Assembly: GCA_973895155.1 (NCBI GenBank)
Contig: OZ316891.1
Span: 29,742,331 to 29,806,330, forward strand
Reading direction: 5' to 3'
DNA length: 64,000 bases
DNA from: Marsupella aquatica
Taxonomy: Eukaryota; Plantae; Marchantiophyta
The notes beneath the pieces are model-generated. The model saw only the letters and a list, made by a program, of their open reading frames with translations, did no database searches and was not told the DNA's origin. Each line of letters opens with the position of its first letter. The stretch's first letter is position 1. The translations under genes were made by a program, and so were the position numbers. This document shows, piece by piece, positions 13,811-26,766 of the stretch.

Positions 13811-15443
13811 GTGATGGCAGCATCCAGTACCAATTCCTGGCTCAACCCGTCGCTTTTATCACCCTCTTCACAGCAACAGTCAGCTCAACATGCTCTCTAT
13901 GGATCGGATGTACAGCTTCACTCGAGTTCCCCGCATGTGCAGCAACAGCAGCAGATGGCATTGGGGCAGCACGAGTCCCATCACCTTTGTGGCGCGTACT
14001 GCACGCCTCACAATTGTCCCCTCAACCTCGACTTTCACCAGTCAGCTGATAGTCATCAGCTGCACGATTTCACCAAGCCTGCAGTGGGCAGGTTTGTGGC
14101 CTCAATTGTTGCATACCACTGATCTCTCACAAACCTTTCTCGTCCACTGTTGTTGGACGGGAAGTCTGTGAAGGTGACTACTTAATATAAATGGAAATTA
14201 CGAGACTCTGTTAGTGTCAGTCATCGATATTCTGTTTACGCGTCTTCGCTCGCTTTGTTGCATAGACGACGACGGAAGATGTATACAGAACTTGGATGGA
14301 ATTCATATTTCGTGGATTGTTGGAAGTGTTCTGGCAATGGACATTCCATTGCTTCATTCACGGTGGGAAGAAATATTAAAAGGTGGTTTTGTGATGCTCC
14401 TTCCCCAGCTACAGTGGTGGTCAGAAAGGAAATGACTTCGGAGGGCAGGTTTCTGCTAGAAAGGTCCACAAGGCAGACCGGGAGAAATTGAGGAGAGATC
14501 GCTTGAATGAGCAGTTTGGCGAACTAGCTAGCGTTCTCGGTAAGTTTTTGTAATGACGCCTAGCGACAAGGCATTGAGTTATTGGACGCTCTCAATTGAA
14601 CTTGATGATTTGTGTACCGGACAAATCGTCTGTCTCTTAGAGAAACATATCATGATAACCGATTGTGTTTCTGCGGATGAGTTTCTTGCTGAAGAACGAT
14701 GACCTGTCGGGGACAGGAGATTCGGTTGGGCATGAAGATGTGAAATCATATTTTGATTCTAGTACTTCAAATTGATCATCTAAGCTATCTGACCAACAGT
14801 TTTCAGTCTGAACAGTACGTTAAAATTGATCTTCACAAGGTTATGTAAAGTGCAGATCCTGATCGACCCAAAAATGACAAGGCGACAATTCTTGGCGATA
14901 GTGTCCAAGTTGTGAAGGAGTTACGGTCTGAAGTAAAGCGACTGAGGACAGAGCAGACTTCTCTTCTGGATGAGTCCCGAGACGTGAGTGTGACCCGATC
15001 TGTAGAAGCATCATTTCTCAGGATCATTCACCTTGAAAATCAAATCCATATTCGGTGACAAGTTCAGTCTTTTTCTCGTTTATCTCTGTTGTTCCTTGGA
15101 GGCCTCCTTTGAAGCAGCTAGTAGTGGACTTTCTTCATCCAAAGCAGGTGGTGTATTGGATGCTTTCTGTTGTTGTGACCATGGGTTCATTTCTGGTTTT
15201 CCAGCTTGTCCAAGAGAAAACAGAACTCCGAGAGGAGAAGGCTGCCTTGAAGACCGAAACAGAACAATTACAAGCACAACTTCAGCAACGGCTACGCCTT
15301 ATGTTACCATGGGTCTCCATGGATCCATCCATGATGGGTATGCCGCCATATGGATATCCTATGCCAGTTCCTCAACCTGTACCTGCTCCTCCCCCTCCTA
15401 CGTCAGAAGTAAATCAGCACGCGGTGCAAGGTTCACTGCCACT

Positions 15444-15475
<32 letters not shown>

Positions 15476-16453
15476 CACAGTCACAGTCACAGCCAGTTTC
15501 TGTTGCACCTCCATATGTTCCACTTCCGTCACCAGCCCCAGGTGCCTTTGGTCTTCATCCAGCGGCCCTCCAGGCATATGCAATGTATGCAAACAGACCT
15601 GGTGATGGAAACTCTCCTTATCTCCCCTATCCTCACTATCCTGCGCAAGTCAGCTCTCATCCTCAAGTTGAAAGGCCCTACCCGCAGTATGCCTCCCCTA
15701 TGCAACCATATCTCATGCAGATGCCGGCCCATCAAGGACAAAGTCCAATATCTGGGCCACCAGCTGTAGCATCCATGTATCAATCTTTTGCTCCTAGCAT
15801 GCAATTAATGCCTCCACGAACTGAAGGGACCCTTCCGAGTGTTCAAGCTAGAGTAGGAAACAGGCATCCAGACTCTCCATATGGTCCCCATGGCGCACCC
15901 GTGTTGCAACCATATTTAGAGCTTGCGGGCTCCATGACATCAGTGCAGACCACCTTGCAACTACAAACTCCAGTGCACCCACAACCTCCACGTCCATCAC
16001 ATCTTGACGAGATGGAAGGGTCTTCAAAAGCAGAGGTAGAACTTTTACAGTGAGGTGTTTTGGTCGTCTTTTTGGATCACAACTTACGTCAATGTCCATG
16101 GTAATCCATTGCAACACTATCGTGTTGGAGGAAGTGCGTCATCTTGAAATTGTATCTCAAATGGTTTTCTCTCCACCACTAACTAGTTAGCGAACATGAT
16201 GCAGTCGTTTCAGAATGGCGGTACAGGGTCTCCTGCTTCAGGACCATCAAGAGAAAACCAACCAGCAATGGAGGACACGCAGACATCTGGAGCGGGCAAT
16301 TCAACCGATATTACCAGTCCAGGGACGTCCACTAGCCGTAGTGGAATAGAGGCTGCGGGGGGGCAGGGTGGCGGCGGTGGAGCAGCGGGAGTACCTGTAC
16401 AGAAGGATTCACTTGGAATCCATGATCCAACGCTGAGACCTCCTGCAGCCTAA
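13811..16453 (+). CDS. bHLH transcription factor, subgroup IVb (bHLH121/bHLH11/PYE-like); exons approx 13811-14091, 14409-14539, 14856-14983, 15205-16036, 16205-16453
   Basis: Spliced domain ARKVHKADREKLRRDRLNEQFGELASVL-DPDRPKNDKATILGDSVQVVKELRSEVKRLRTEQTSLLDESRD-LVQEKTELREEKAALKTE is the characteristic IVb bHLH-zipper. Q/P-rich C-terminus with poly-Q. Confidence 0.92.
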
Positions 16454-19047
16454 TGTGTTTTGTATAATTTAGCGCTCTGACCAGTTCTATAGGTCTTGTC
16501 TGTGAAGCATGTTTCAAAGTGCCTCACTGAAATTTTGTAGTAGTAACAAAGAGACGTCAGGCCCTTGTGTAGTCTTTCAGGTGAGGTGACTATTTGGTCA
16601 GTTTCAATTCTCTCAGGACATACGGTGAAGACGATTGAGGAGCGGCCAGAACGGCTCTCTGGATGAAAGGCTGGGTGTCATTCATCGCTGTCACTTGCCA
16701 ACTTTTCAGGTGGCGCATAACTCATACACGAATTGCTATCTCTGCCTAGCTTGATTTTTGACAATTAGAAGGCATCAGTTGGGCCTTAAGTGTTCATATC
16801 CTGGCTGAGTCAGGTTCACTTAATTCTTCAAATTCTCGATTCTCTCGGAAGTTTGCAGTAAATCGTGGTTAGCTGGCCGTCACTGAGTGTCGGTACGGTG
16901 TTGTGGAAACAAGTTAATCAGATATCTCTTGACGGACCAAATGTAGACGGATTTCACTCTCTCAATTGCCAACCTTGTCTCACTGGAATGATTTTGGGTC
17001 TATCATTCACTGCAACAATGGTTGATGGAGGACCACAAAGGTGCGACGGGCAAAGTAAAGCTTCTTAGACGCAGTGTAGGGAGCTGTAAAGCCTAGCCCC
17101 ATGTAAAGATAGGTCCCTAAATATAATTCTCATACACTGGGCTTCATTCTGTACCTCGTGCAGACGAGCGTCGTAGTATTTTACGTGTAAATTTCCTGCA
17201 TTTTGTCCTGCCGCTGTTTGAATAGATGCTGGAAGTTTGATTTAAATCTTCACTCTCATTGTTGGAGTGATTGGGACGGCAAGTCTGTTGTGGATACTCA
17301 GGAAAACAACAAAAGTGGCTTTAACTTGTAATGAAACAATTACTGCGTAGAAGTTCGTGGGTAAGATTCCACGCATTTGGACGAAAGACTCCTCTGCGCA
17401 GGGAACTGAATGGAATTTTGAATGGACCTGACATGTCCAACTCTAATGGTATTGCTTACATAGCCCAAAGCAACAGGAATCGAAAGGCAAATTTGGAATA
17501 CTCACAGGAACATATAACCTGGGCTGTGGCCTCAAGAGTTTCGTATCAGTTGATTTGTCTTAATCATTATCTTCAAATTCAGCTTGATGCGTCACACCTA
17601 TCCCATATTAAATTCTAACAATTGGCTCCCATTGGAAGGTTTGATGATGCCAAAGAGAAGGATCAAGTCTTGAACTAACTAGGAAGCAGAGCAGAAAAAA
17701 TCGCGTAGTCTACTCTCTTGCTATTATGAATCACCAGTACTAAATCATATATGTTTTAGTAAATTTGAGAATTTTTCTATAGTTATCTTTCAATAAATAA
17801 TGCGCAACTTGCAAATAAAAATATCCGCATCAGCCTCACTGAACTGACTCTCGTCCTGCATCTCTTCTTATTGGTACAGAACATTGACATCAACAGCCAG
17901 CGTTCTTTGGACCGAGGAAGGAATTCGCCAATTCTACTCTGGAATTACTCTCTCCCCGAACATGTAGAATTCTCTCTGCTGCCTGGGTCTCTCCCCACAT
18001 CTACATGGAGGCGAAGACGCACTCTCAATTGCATGTGAAGCTACTTGCAAAAAAGGTTGACACGCCGAAGTCTCTGAGCTGGCTTTCCCAGTTGTTTGAC
18101 TCATGGGTGTGGTTCTCAGCCTATGCACATCAACCACTGAAATATCGTGAGACGACTGCAGATTTAGGCTCCCTAGCTAAAGCCGAAGGGTGAAACCCTA
18201 CAAGCTCGACTTAAATCACATAGTCGGGTTTCAAGCTAGGCATTTTCTGTTACGCCCAAGCTCTTTGTACTATCAAGAAAAGCTCCCAAGTGACTCATAC
18301 AAGGTCTGCCAACGGCCAGAGCTGTGTCTCATACGGTAATAATGTGTACAACAGACCCCGCAACAGACTAGGGTCGAACCTCAATCTCTCAATCCACATG
18401 TTGAATGAATATATTCAGCCCCTATCTTCAAATGAGATTTGCTTTTCTGAAAGTGAATGCCCGCTTGCCTGTCAATTTGAGGAGAGAGAAGATCAGATTG
18501 TCTTTGAAATTGAATGGAATTACACGGCCACGCCAGAAACAATCGATCTTACTGCCGCAACACAAGTAGTACGTGTGTTTCCAGCCTGTCCGGCACAGGC
18601 TTTGAATCGTTGGACGCTCTTCCATCTCGGGTGTATTAACATGCCAGATCTGAAGTTTACCACCTGTTCATGGATGCAACCGAGTCAGCACATCACTCGC
18701 TGTCTCGCCCAGATTCACAAGCTTTAAGTTGATTCATTGGGCATGTCCTTCTCCTCACAATGCACGTGCTCCAAGTCACAGAATGACTTACGGCTGACCA
18801 TGGTGCAATTCCGTTCTACGCTGACGCTTCGATGATGACTGTGCTGCTCGTGAGAGCTCCTTCATTGCAAAGGACTTGGGTTTAATGTGCTCAGTGTGTC
18901 TCTATATATTAGTCCCATTAAGGCCCGGTGAGAAAGTGACCCTCATCTGCTATTTTTTATGCAAGATAGTGTACCTGAAACCTTACTTATGAGGTGTTTT
19001 TTACACCTGGCATTCGCCCTCACACGGTGATGAGTGTGCCCACCTTA

Positions 19048-19367
19048 GGGCTAGGTTCCATGGGCCAGGGGCAGGGAGTACGATCACTCCCTTGACACCC
19101 CCTGTGGCCCAAATACACTGTATCCTAAGGTGTACACAATATTTTTAATGTATGAATTTTGACTTTAGAGCCAATGAGAATGCACAGTATTATTTGTCAC
19201 TATACAGGGGCAGGGGATGCCCCTAGAATTTAACAGGAGTGTGAGGGAAAATCATATTCCCTACTACCCTACTTGTACACTCCTCACTCCCTGGAAAATC
19301 TCTGATTTTAACTCAAACATGCTAACACGTGTGCACTCCTCACTCCCAGCCCCATGGAACCTAGCCC
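19048..19367. mobile_element. Tourist/PIF-Harbinger-type MITE (320 bp)
   Basis: Perfect 17-bp TIRs GGGCTAGGTTCCATGGG / CCCATGGAACCTAGCCC, flanked by TTA on both sides (3-bp TSD). Confidence 0.88.
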
Positions 19368-19569
19368 TTACCCTCCCTAGTCCTCCCTTGACTGCTGGGA
19401 TCCCTGCCAACCAGCATCATGTGACCGGCCGGCCTCTTACCTTCTTCTCTTTCCCCAATCGCCTTGCACCCGGAAATTCTCCCTGTGCATGGACGGATAA
19501 ATAGCCTTTTTGGTGGTCCAGAGCCTCAGTCACCTGGCTCATTAACTTATACCATACCGCAGCAATGGC

Positions 19570-19855
19570 AAATTTTATGGTCAGTAGTGGTTTCCTTAAA
19601 TTTTATGGTCAGTAGTGAGTTTAAAGGGTTTAGGTGAGTTTGTTTGTTACTATAGAAATACACCATTTGAGGCAATGGACTCACTGTAACAAACTCACCT
19701 AAACCCTCCCCTAATGAATATTAGGTCAGTAGTGGTTTCCTTAAAGAAACTCACCTAAACCCTCCCCTCCCTTTGGCCAGAACTGACCATAAAATTTCCT
19801 AAGGTAGTGGTATGGTATAAGTTTCCTCACTAAACCCTCCCCTCCCTTTGGCCCT
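19570..19855. repeat. Scrambled direct and inverted short repeats
   Basis: GGTCAGTAGTG x3; AAACTCACCTAAACCCT direct x2 plus inverted AGGGTTTAGGTGAGTTT; TAAACCCTCCCCTCCCTTTGGCC x2. Confidence 0.7.
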
Positions 19856-21369
19856 GGCCTCCCCCCAAGAGTGTACTGTTGTAGTGCCCTGCCCAAACCC
19901 CCTGCTTTTTGTCTTGGTTAGTTCTCTTTATCCCTGACTCTGCCTTCCTCTACAATGTGCAAATTCTTAATTAGTCCAACATGCTCTATTCGACCACAGA
20001 CAATTTTTGGATTCCGGGAAAAATATTGGACAGACAGGTGAGGGGCAGGGAGGTACTCTGCGAGCAGTGCATGGTGAGATAGTCCATGCAGGGGATCTTT
20101 TAGAATTGATGTGTTGTGTCAGATTTCATTAGAATGAAGGACCAGTTTCTGGCATCTGTAGTTATTTTTCAGATAACACTAGTGCATGACAAATTATACA
20201 TTTGTTGGTGCCCCATTGAGCAATTTCAGTGCATAATCCATGAAATGGTGAGAGAAGCAAAGCAAACCATATCAACTACTATGCAATCTCAACCCATTCT
20301 GGCAAATCATTTGTTTACAACAACAAAAAATGCAGGAACAAATAGTGGTTGTTTGCCTTACAGGATCTTTTTGGGCTGTTGGATTCTCCTGCAGGCCTCT
20401 TTCCCTCCCTTCCCTGCCCTTGCCTTCCTGCTCACCTCGGCATGGGGAGGGGAGGAGGGGAAGGGGGCAAGGGAAAAGGGTAGGGGTAAAAAATGGTTTT
20501 CCTCCTGCAATGACAACTGTGAAGGTATGACTGCAGTCGCTCGCCCCGCCGCTGCAACCCCGCTTTCTCTCCCTCCTCAAAAACATCACTTTCAAATCAA
20601 CATCAACCTAAATGACTGACACTTTTGTAAGAACCACCCACCCAAAATTATGACACTTCCACAACCATAGCATGACACTGCACATGACAGTGCGGGATCA
20701 ACAACACTCACCCACAACAACAGGGTTTACACTGAGTTGAAACAAAGATTGACCGTCAAACCTACAAAATCAAAACCCTATCACAACGACTAAACAATCA
20801 TACTTTTAGTTGGGTATAATTTCTCTTGATTGTGAACATAAGAACTAAGTACGGGCTAAGCATACAATGTGTACCATAGCTAACGTTAATACAGAATAGT
20901 GTGACAATGTAAATAGTGTGAGTAACACCGATATGTGAGTAGAGTAGTATTGGAGTTCAAATAACACTAATTATGAAACACATTATCAACACAAAAATCA
21001 GTGATTGCTATGAAAACAAATCGTAGAAGGTTTTAGGAATGATGATTAATGTAAATCTAATGGTTTAGTTAGGCTATCTTGATTTTATCTATGCTGTAGT
21101 CCAAATATTCAACCAGTTCCATACCATTTTCAGGTCACCTTATTTACACCCGAATAGTGAGACTACTCCTACAAACAAAATACACGGTTCTATGTAACAT
21201 TAGGTAACAATAGTCACACCATAAATAATGTGAGCTGATTTCAATATTTAGTTTTATTGGTAACACTAATTGAAGTACTTGCAATTTACTCGTAATACGA
21301 AGTTAATACTACTACAACTATTTCAAGAGGGGTTCAATTTTTCCAGTTAGCGTAAACAATTAGCGTTAG

Positions 21370-21562
21370 TTAACACTAACTGCGGTAAACAGTGTACTTC
21401 TGTAACAGGTATCGGTAATCTGTAACAGGTATCGGGTTACTAACTATGGTAAACAGTGTACTTTTGTAACAGGTATTGAGTTACTACGGTACTGTACTTC
21501 TGTACTGTTAAAGCAGGTACGGAGTTACTACAGTAAACATGTGTACTATTGTAACAGGTATG
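21370..21562. repeat. Minisatellite (~40-60 bp degenerate unit)
   Basis: GTAAACAGTGTACTT..TGTAACAGGTAT..GTTACTA repeated about 4 times. Confidence 0.75.
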
Positions 21563-22733
21563 GACTGGCTTTCAGCCTCCGTGATACTTGGAAACAGGGT
21601 TGTGCTAGGTTAAGCTCTATATTTACATTCTCTATATTGGTCTAATTCCTGAGCAGGCATACTTCAATGTGCAAATTGGTGAAGGTAGGTTTCGAGACAA
21701 ATATGTAGTAAACTCGGCTCGGTTTTCTAGAATCCAATCGCAATTTCAGAACCCGTTGTCAAACCCTTTCACGCATTAAGCCCAAGATACTTGTCGTTCG
21801 GTGGTAATAGTTCTCATAGTAATGGTTCGGCAGCTCATGTCCGAATGTGAAAGAAGTACAACTCGGTCGCACTCAATCCCAAGCAAGACGAAATAGCAAC
21901 GCGAGAAATCTAGAGCAACACTAAACCATTGTCAAATCGTTGACACCAAATGTCAGGTCTACACCCTTAAAGTTACGAGGACGAAAATTTTAATCCCCCC
22001 CGGGACTACACATCTGAGATAACAATCCCTTAAATTCATACAAATCCAGAATCAGTCTCAACCAACGAGGATGAAAATCGATCAACTAGCTCGAAAAAAA
22101 TATCAACATACAACTTGTCCATCCCAGGGTACTGCTGTTCAGCTAATGCTGGAAACTACCCACCAAAAATCTCAGCATTTGACCAGAAACAAACTTTGGA
22201 TGGCTTAAAGGCGGAAGAGAGGGAAGACAACACAATAAGGAAAATAGACACGCGTTGCCTCAACTCCAAAAATTAATTACTCATGGCATTCTCACCACAC
22301 AAGAACCTAGCGATATCCGTGAGTTTGAAAAGTGCACCAAAAAATGCAATGATCCTTAACCACGGTCCTAAAGATAAAGCACAAGTGATTGGCCTCTTCA
22401 GGCCAGTGAAGCTCAATACTCTCTGATGTACAGCTCCTCGAATGATTCAAGGAGTACACCGACTGCTTGACCAGACCTGTAAAATCACACCACTGCAGTG
22501 CAAAATCCTGTCGTCCTTACTAAGAATAGTTGTCCATGCCAGCCCCTCATGTAACTCAGGCATGAGAACCTAATTGGTTGATAGTACCTTCCCTAATAGA
22601 TGTGATTACGCAAAAGCTGAGCAAACTAGCCGCAACCTAGGCTGGCCAGGAACTGTTCTGGCCACTGCGGGAAACTCGAATACCGATCAGCCTTCGTACC
22701 GCTCTCGCTCTTGGAAGCAGTCTCTCAACTCAC

Positions 22734-24506
22734 TTAAAGAAGATCAGCTACATTGTTTGGCAGCTCCTCGATTACGGTGTTGTAGAACCTCTGGATGTCC
22801 TGCAACATCCTCTCATCGTCCTTGGTGACAAAATTGATAGCGACTCCCTTCCTTCCAAATCGGCCGCTCCGACCAATACGATGAAGGTAGTTCTCGGGCT
22901 GGGTAGGGAGGTCATAATTAATGACTAGGGATACCTGCTGCACGTCGATACCACGGGCCAGCAGATCGGTGGTGATCAAGACCCGGGAAGACCCTGATCG
23001 GAACTCCCTCATGATGATGTCACGAGTGTTTTGGTCCATGTCACCGTGAGTGGCGGACACGGTGTGATCGCGGGCGCGCATCTTGTCTGTCAACCAGTCG
23101 ACCTTCCTCCTGGTGTTAATGAAGATCACACTTTGGGTGATGGCCAAGGTCTCGTAGAGATCGCACAAAGTATCCAGCTTCCATTCTTCCCTATCCACAT
23201 TCACGTAGAACTGCTTGATACCTTCCAAGGTCAGCTCATCACGCTTCACAAGAATCTTGACGGGCTTGTTCATGAACTTCCTGGTGATCTCAAGAGCTTC
23301 TGGGGGCATCGTAGCGGAGAACACACCCACTTGCAACTTTTGCGGCAAAAGTTGGAAGATATCATAAATCTGCGGGCCACAACGGTCACGTCCCATGGTC
23401 AGTAAACTCTAGGGTGCCTAACCTGTGACGGTAAACACCTTCACGAACACTCTTCTCACACCCGATTGCTACATCAACGCCATTACTTGATGCATTAAGG
23501 AACTCAACGCAGCGACCACTTCGAAAGATAATACGAAACCAACAGGAGAGAGAACTGAAAAACATGGAAAGAGTGAGGGCCGTACCTGATCCTTGAATCC
23601 ACGGGAGAGCATTTCGTCGGCTTCATCAAGAACGAAGCACTTAATAGAATCGGGCCTCAGGGCATGACGCCTCAACATATCATACACACGTCCTGGGGTA
23701 CCCACGACGACATGGACTCCGGCCTGCAGGATACGTTGATCCTCACGGACACTGGTTCCTCCGACACAGGCATGCACCTTAACCTGTAAGTAATCACCGA
23801 GGGCTCTCATCACCTTCTCGATTTGTTGTGCAAGCTCACGGGTGGGGGCGAGCACGAGCGCCTGGCACTCCAAGAGGTTGTAGTCGAGCTGCTGCAAAAT
23901 TCCGGAGCAGAAAGTGGCTGTCTTGCCGGTTCCGGACTGCGCTTGTTGAATCACATCCAAACCCTTACAGAAGGGAACGATACCGCGTTGCTGAATAGCG
24001 GAGGGCTTCTCAAAACCTGAGGGCCAACGAACAAGCAAGGGGCGAATCAGGGACGACGCTCATAAAAACCACAAAAACCGAATGGAACGGGACAAGAAAA
24101 CAGAACGGCTCCTTGGCTCACCGTAAGCGTAGATCCCGCGGAGCAAATTCTCATGAAGACCCATGGCATCGAAAGTTTCGTGGACCTCATCCCAAGTCGA
24201 AATGAAATCTTCTCCTTCCTGGTTCAACCTGTAGGAAGAAAGACCCCAAAACACGAGAAATATCAGTCGCGTAACCCTATTAGAGAAATAGTTTCAGTAC
24301 CTTCCCTCAAAGCCAACGACGCACGAAACGAAAATCCTCACCGAAAAAACCCGCCGTAGAGCATACTCGTCCTGTAGTTTACTCATCATTCTAAAAAGGA
24401 TGAGCAGAAAGCCGGAACAAACTCGAAACAGAACTTACACTTGATCCATCTTGGCGTCATACTGCCTGGCGTCGAACTGGGAACCTTCAGGGGCCAAACC
24501 TGCCAT
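22734..24506 (-). CDS. eIF4A: Eukaryotic initiation factor 4A (DEAD-box helicase); exons 24506-24439, 24228-24122, 24016-23586, 23369-22734
   Basis: [18 protein letters not shown]-terminus and motifs [39 protein letters not shown]. Canonical splice sites. Confidence 0.98.
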
Positions 24507-25254
24507 GATTTCTGCGAAACCCAAAAACCCGCCAAAATCGTGATCAGCAATTTGTTCTCCTCTTTATCTTTCCCAGCCGATACAAACCACACGGAGCTCT
24601 TCCACAGGCAAGCCCTCTATCGACTTTTCAAGACAAGTGATCCGATCTCGACGAAACCCTAGCCGCAACCGGAAGAAGAAGTGCAACAGTCCCAACAAGC
24701 CCGTAATTTCAAGAGCGGCTCTCGACGCGAGTAGCAAGACAGCACGCGGAACAAGAACAAACATGCACCGAACTCAAAAGATTAAAACGCACGACGCAAG
24801 CAGCAGCTCCGAGTCTCACCGATCGATCAAACGAAAACGAAGCGAGCGAAGAGAGAATGGTCGATTGTTTCTCAATCTTCTGTTGGACAACCGGCGTGGC
24901 AGCCGGCTCATAAACGTCGGGGGCAAGACAACGGCAACGAGAGCAAAGTGTGGGCAACGAAAGCAAGATTAGCAACGAACAATGCCACGAGCAGAGAGCT
25001 TTTCTCACCAGTCGATTGATTGAATGCTCGCGGGAGGGCGACTCTCTGTTCTCTTTCTAGTATCGACGACGGCGGCGCACAGCACAGCGGTAGCGGCGGT
25101 GGATCGCAGCAAAAGGAGGGCAACGCAACGCGAAAGAGACCTTACCGCACCAAACTTCTCTCGCCTTGTTGCTCAAGCTCTCCCCCCTCCTTCCCCTCCC
25201 GAGCCCCGTCCCTCTCGCCCCCTCCCTCGCTCCCTCGCTCCCTCGCTCGCTCGC

Positions 25255-26235
25255 CCTTCCCTCCCCGCCCTGCCCTGCCCTGCCCTGCTACCCTGCCCTA
25301 CTACCCTGCCCGCTCCTCCTGCCCGGCACTCTGCCCGCCCCTCACTGGCCCAGCCCGTTAATAGTGGTTCCATAGGGATAGAGAGTGCCCTCAGTCTCGG
25401 CACTAACTTTCATCAAACCCTCCTGCCCTGCCCTGCCCTGCCCTGCCCAGCCCAGCCCAGCCCAGCCCAGCCCACTCCTCCTGCCCGGGACTGTGCCTGC
25501 CCCTGACTCGCCGAGCCCGTTGATAGTGGTTCCATAGGGATAGAAGTCTGGGCACTCAAACTTTCATAAAACTTTCCTGTACTATTGGTTCCAGTCCTGC
25601 CCTGCCCATTATCACGCATCAAAATGTGGTAATATACAGTGTGCACTCATTGATTGAAAGAAATGACGTTGATCATGGTATGGAGCAATGTCATACGCCG
25701 TATATATCATATTTTGATGTGCAATTACCGGGACCGAACTGGAAGTGTATTTGCCCCTTGAGTTGCTGCGTCCATCGACACGGGTTTGCCCAGCCCGTCA
25801 ACATGGGCTCCCTAAAGTTAGAACTTGTCCCTCAATCTTGAACACTCAGACAAACTTTCATGCAACCCTAGTGTTATACACCCTTCCCTCTCCTGCCCAT
25901 TTTGCCTGCTCTGACCAGAATTCTGCCTGCCACTGAGTCGCCCAGCCAGTTGACAGGGTCCCATAAGGGTAGAACTTGACCCTCAATCCGAGCACTCATT
26001 AAACCCTAGTGTAATAGGCCCTCCTGCCCATTCTGCCTACTCTGGCCGAACTGACCAACCCCTCAACAGGGGTTCCATAAGGATAGAACTCGGCCCTCAA
26101 TCTGAACACTCAAAACTTTCATAAAACCTTAAGTCATGGCCCTTTCCCTGCCCACCCTTGACTTGCCCAGACCATTGGCAGGGCTTCCATGGGGATAGGA
26201 ACCCTCAAACATTCATTAAAACCCTAGTGTAATTT
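25255..26235. repeat. (CCCTG/CCCAG)n microsatellite plus ~6 degenerate ~150-bp units upstream of eIF4A
   Basis: GCCCT/GCCCA runs at 25268 and 25420-25475. Unit core AGCCCGTT.ATAGTGGTTCCATAGGGATAGA...CACT.AAACTTTCAT.AAACCCT recurs near 25352, 25514, 25791, 25943, 26070 and 26180. Confidence 0.8.
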
Positions 26236-26702
26236 TATCTCTCTGGTTACTAGTTCATGGTTGTCAGAAGCAATCTAACCCTTTAACAACCTAGCTCAAC
26301 AGAAGTTTTGAGACTTTGGGCCTAGCCTGGCCAGCAGAGTTTGTGTGTTATGAGACTCAAATTTTAAAGTGAAAATAGGGCAAAAATACAGGTAGGGTGT
26401 ACACTTGATAATTGAAGGCTAGGTTATCCTACACCAAGAATCATTTGATACAATCTCGCCATCGACCTTTCATTGAGGGAATGAATTGGAGGGCTTCAAT
26501 CAACATTGGCAATGCGAATAATGACCTTTTGGGCTTCTTGTTTTCTTTTCTGTTTAAGGAAAAGCGGCACTGAAGGCTGAAAATTTTATAGATAGAGACC
26601 CACAAGGGGTGAGAGCAATGACAAGGCCCCCAAAAAGGACAGGACCCTAGAGGCTAAAGGCCTAAGAAATGAAGCTCCTACCAATTAAAGCCAACAGCTT
26701 AC

Positions 26703-26766
26703 GAGTGGCAGTAATAGCACCCTGGACTACAAAAAATTGTAGTCCAGGGTGCTATTACTGCCACTC
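26703..26766. repeat. Perfect 30-bp-stem hairpin (mini foldback element)
   Basis: GAGTGGCAGTAATAGCACCCTGGACTACAA-AAAA-TTGTAGTCCAGGGTGCTATTACTGCCACTC, flanked by TTAC / TTAA. Confidence 0.9.

Noticed and set aside
17900-18870. Possible degraded gene between bHLH and eIF4A
   Set aside because: Coding-like composition, but no protein family could be recognised in any frame.
25020-25646. Pro/Gly-rich ORFs
   Set aside because: Produced by the (CCCTG)n microsatellite in the eIF4A upstream region.
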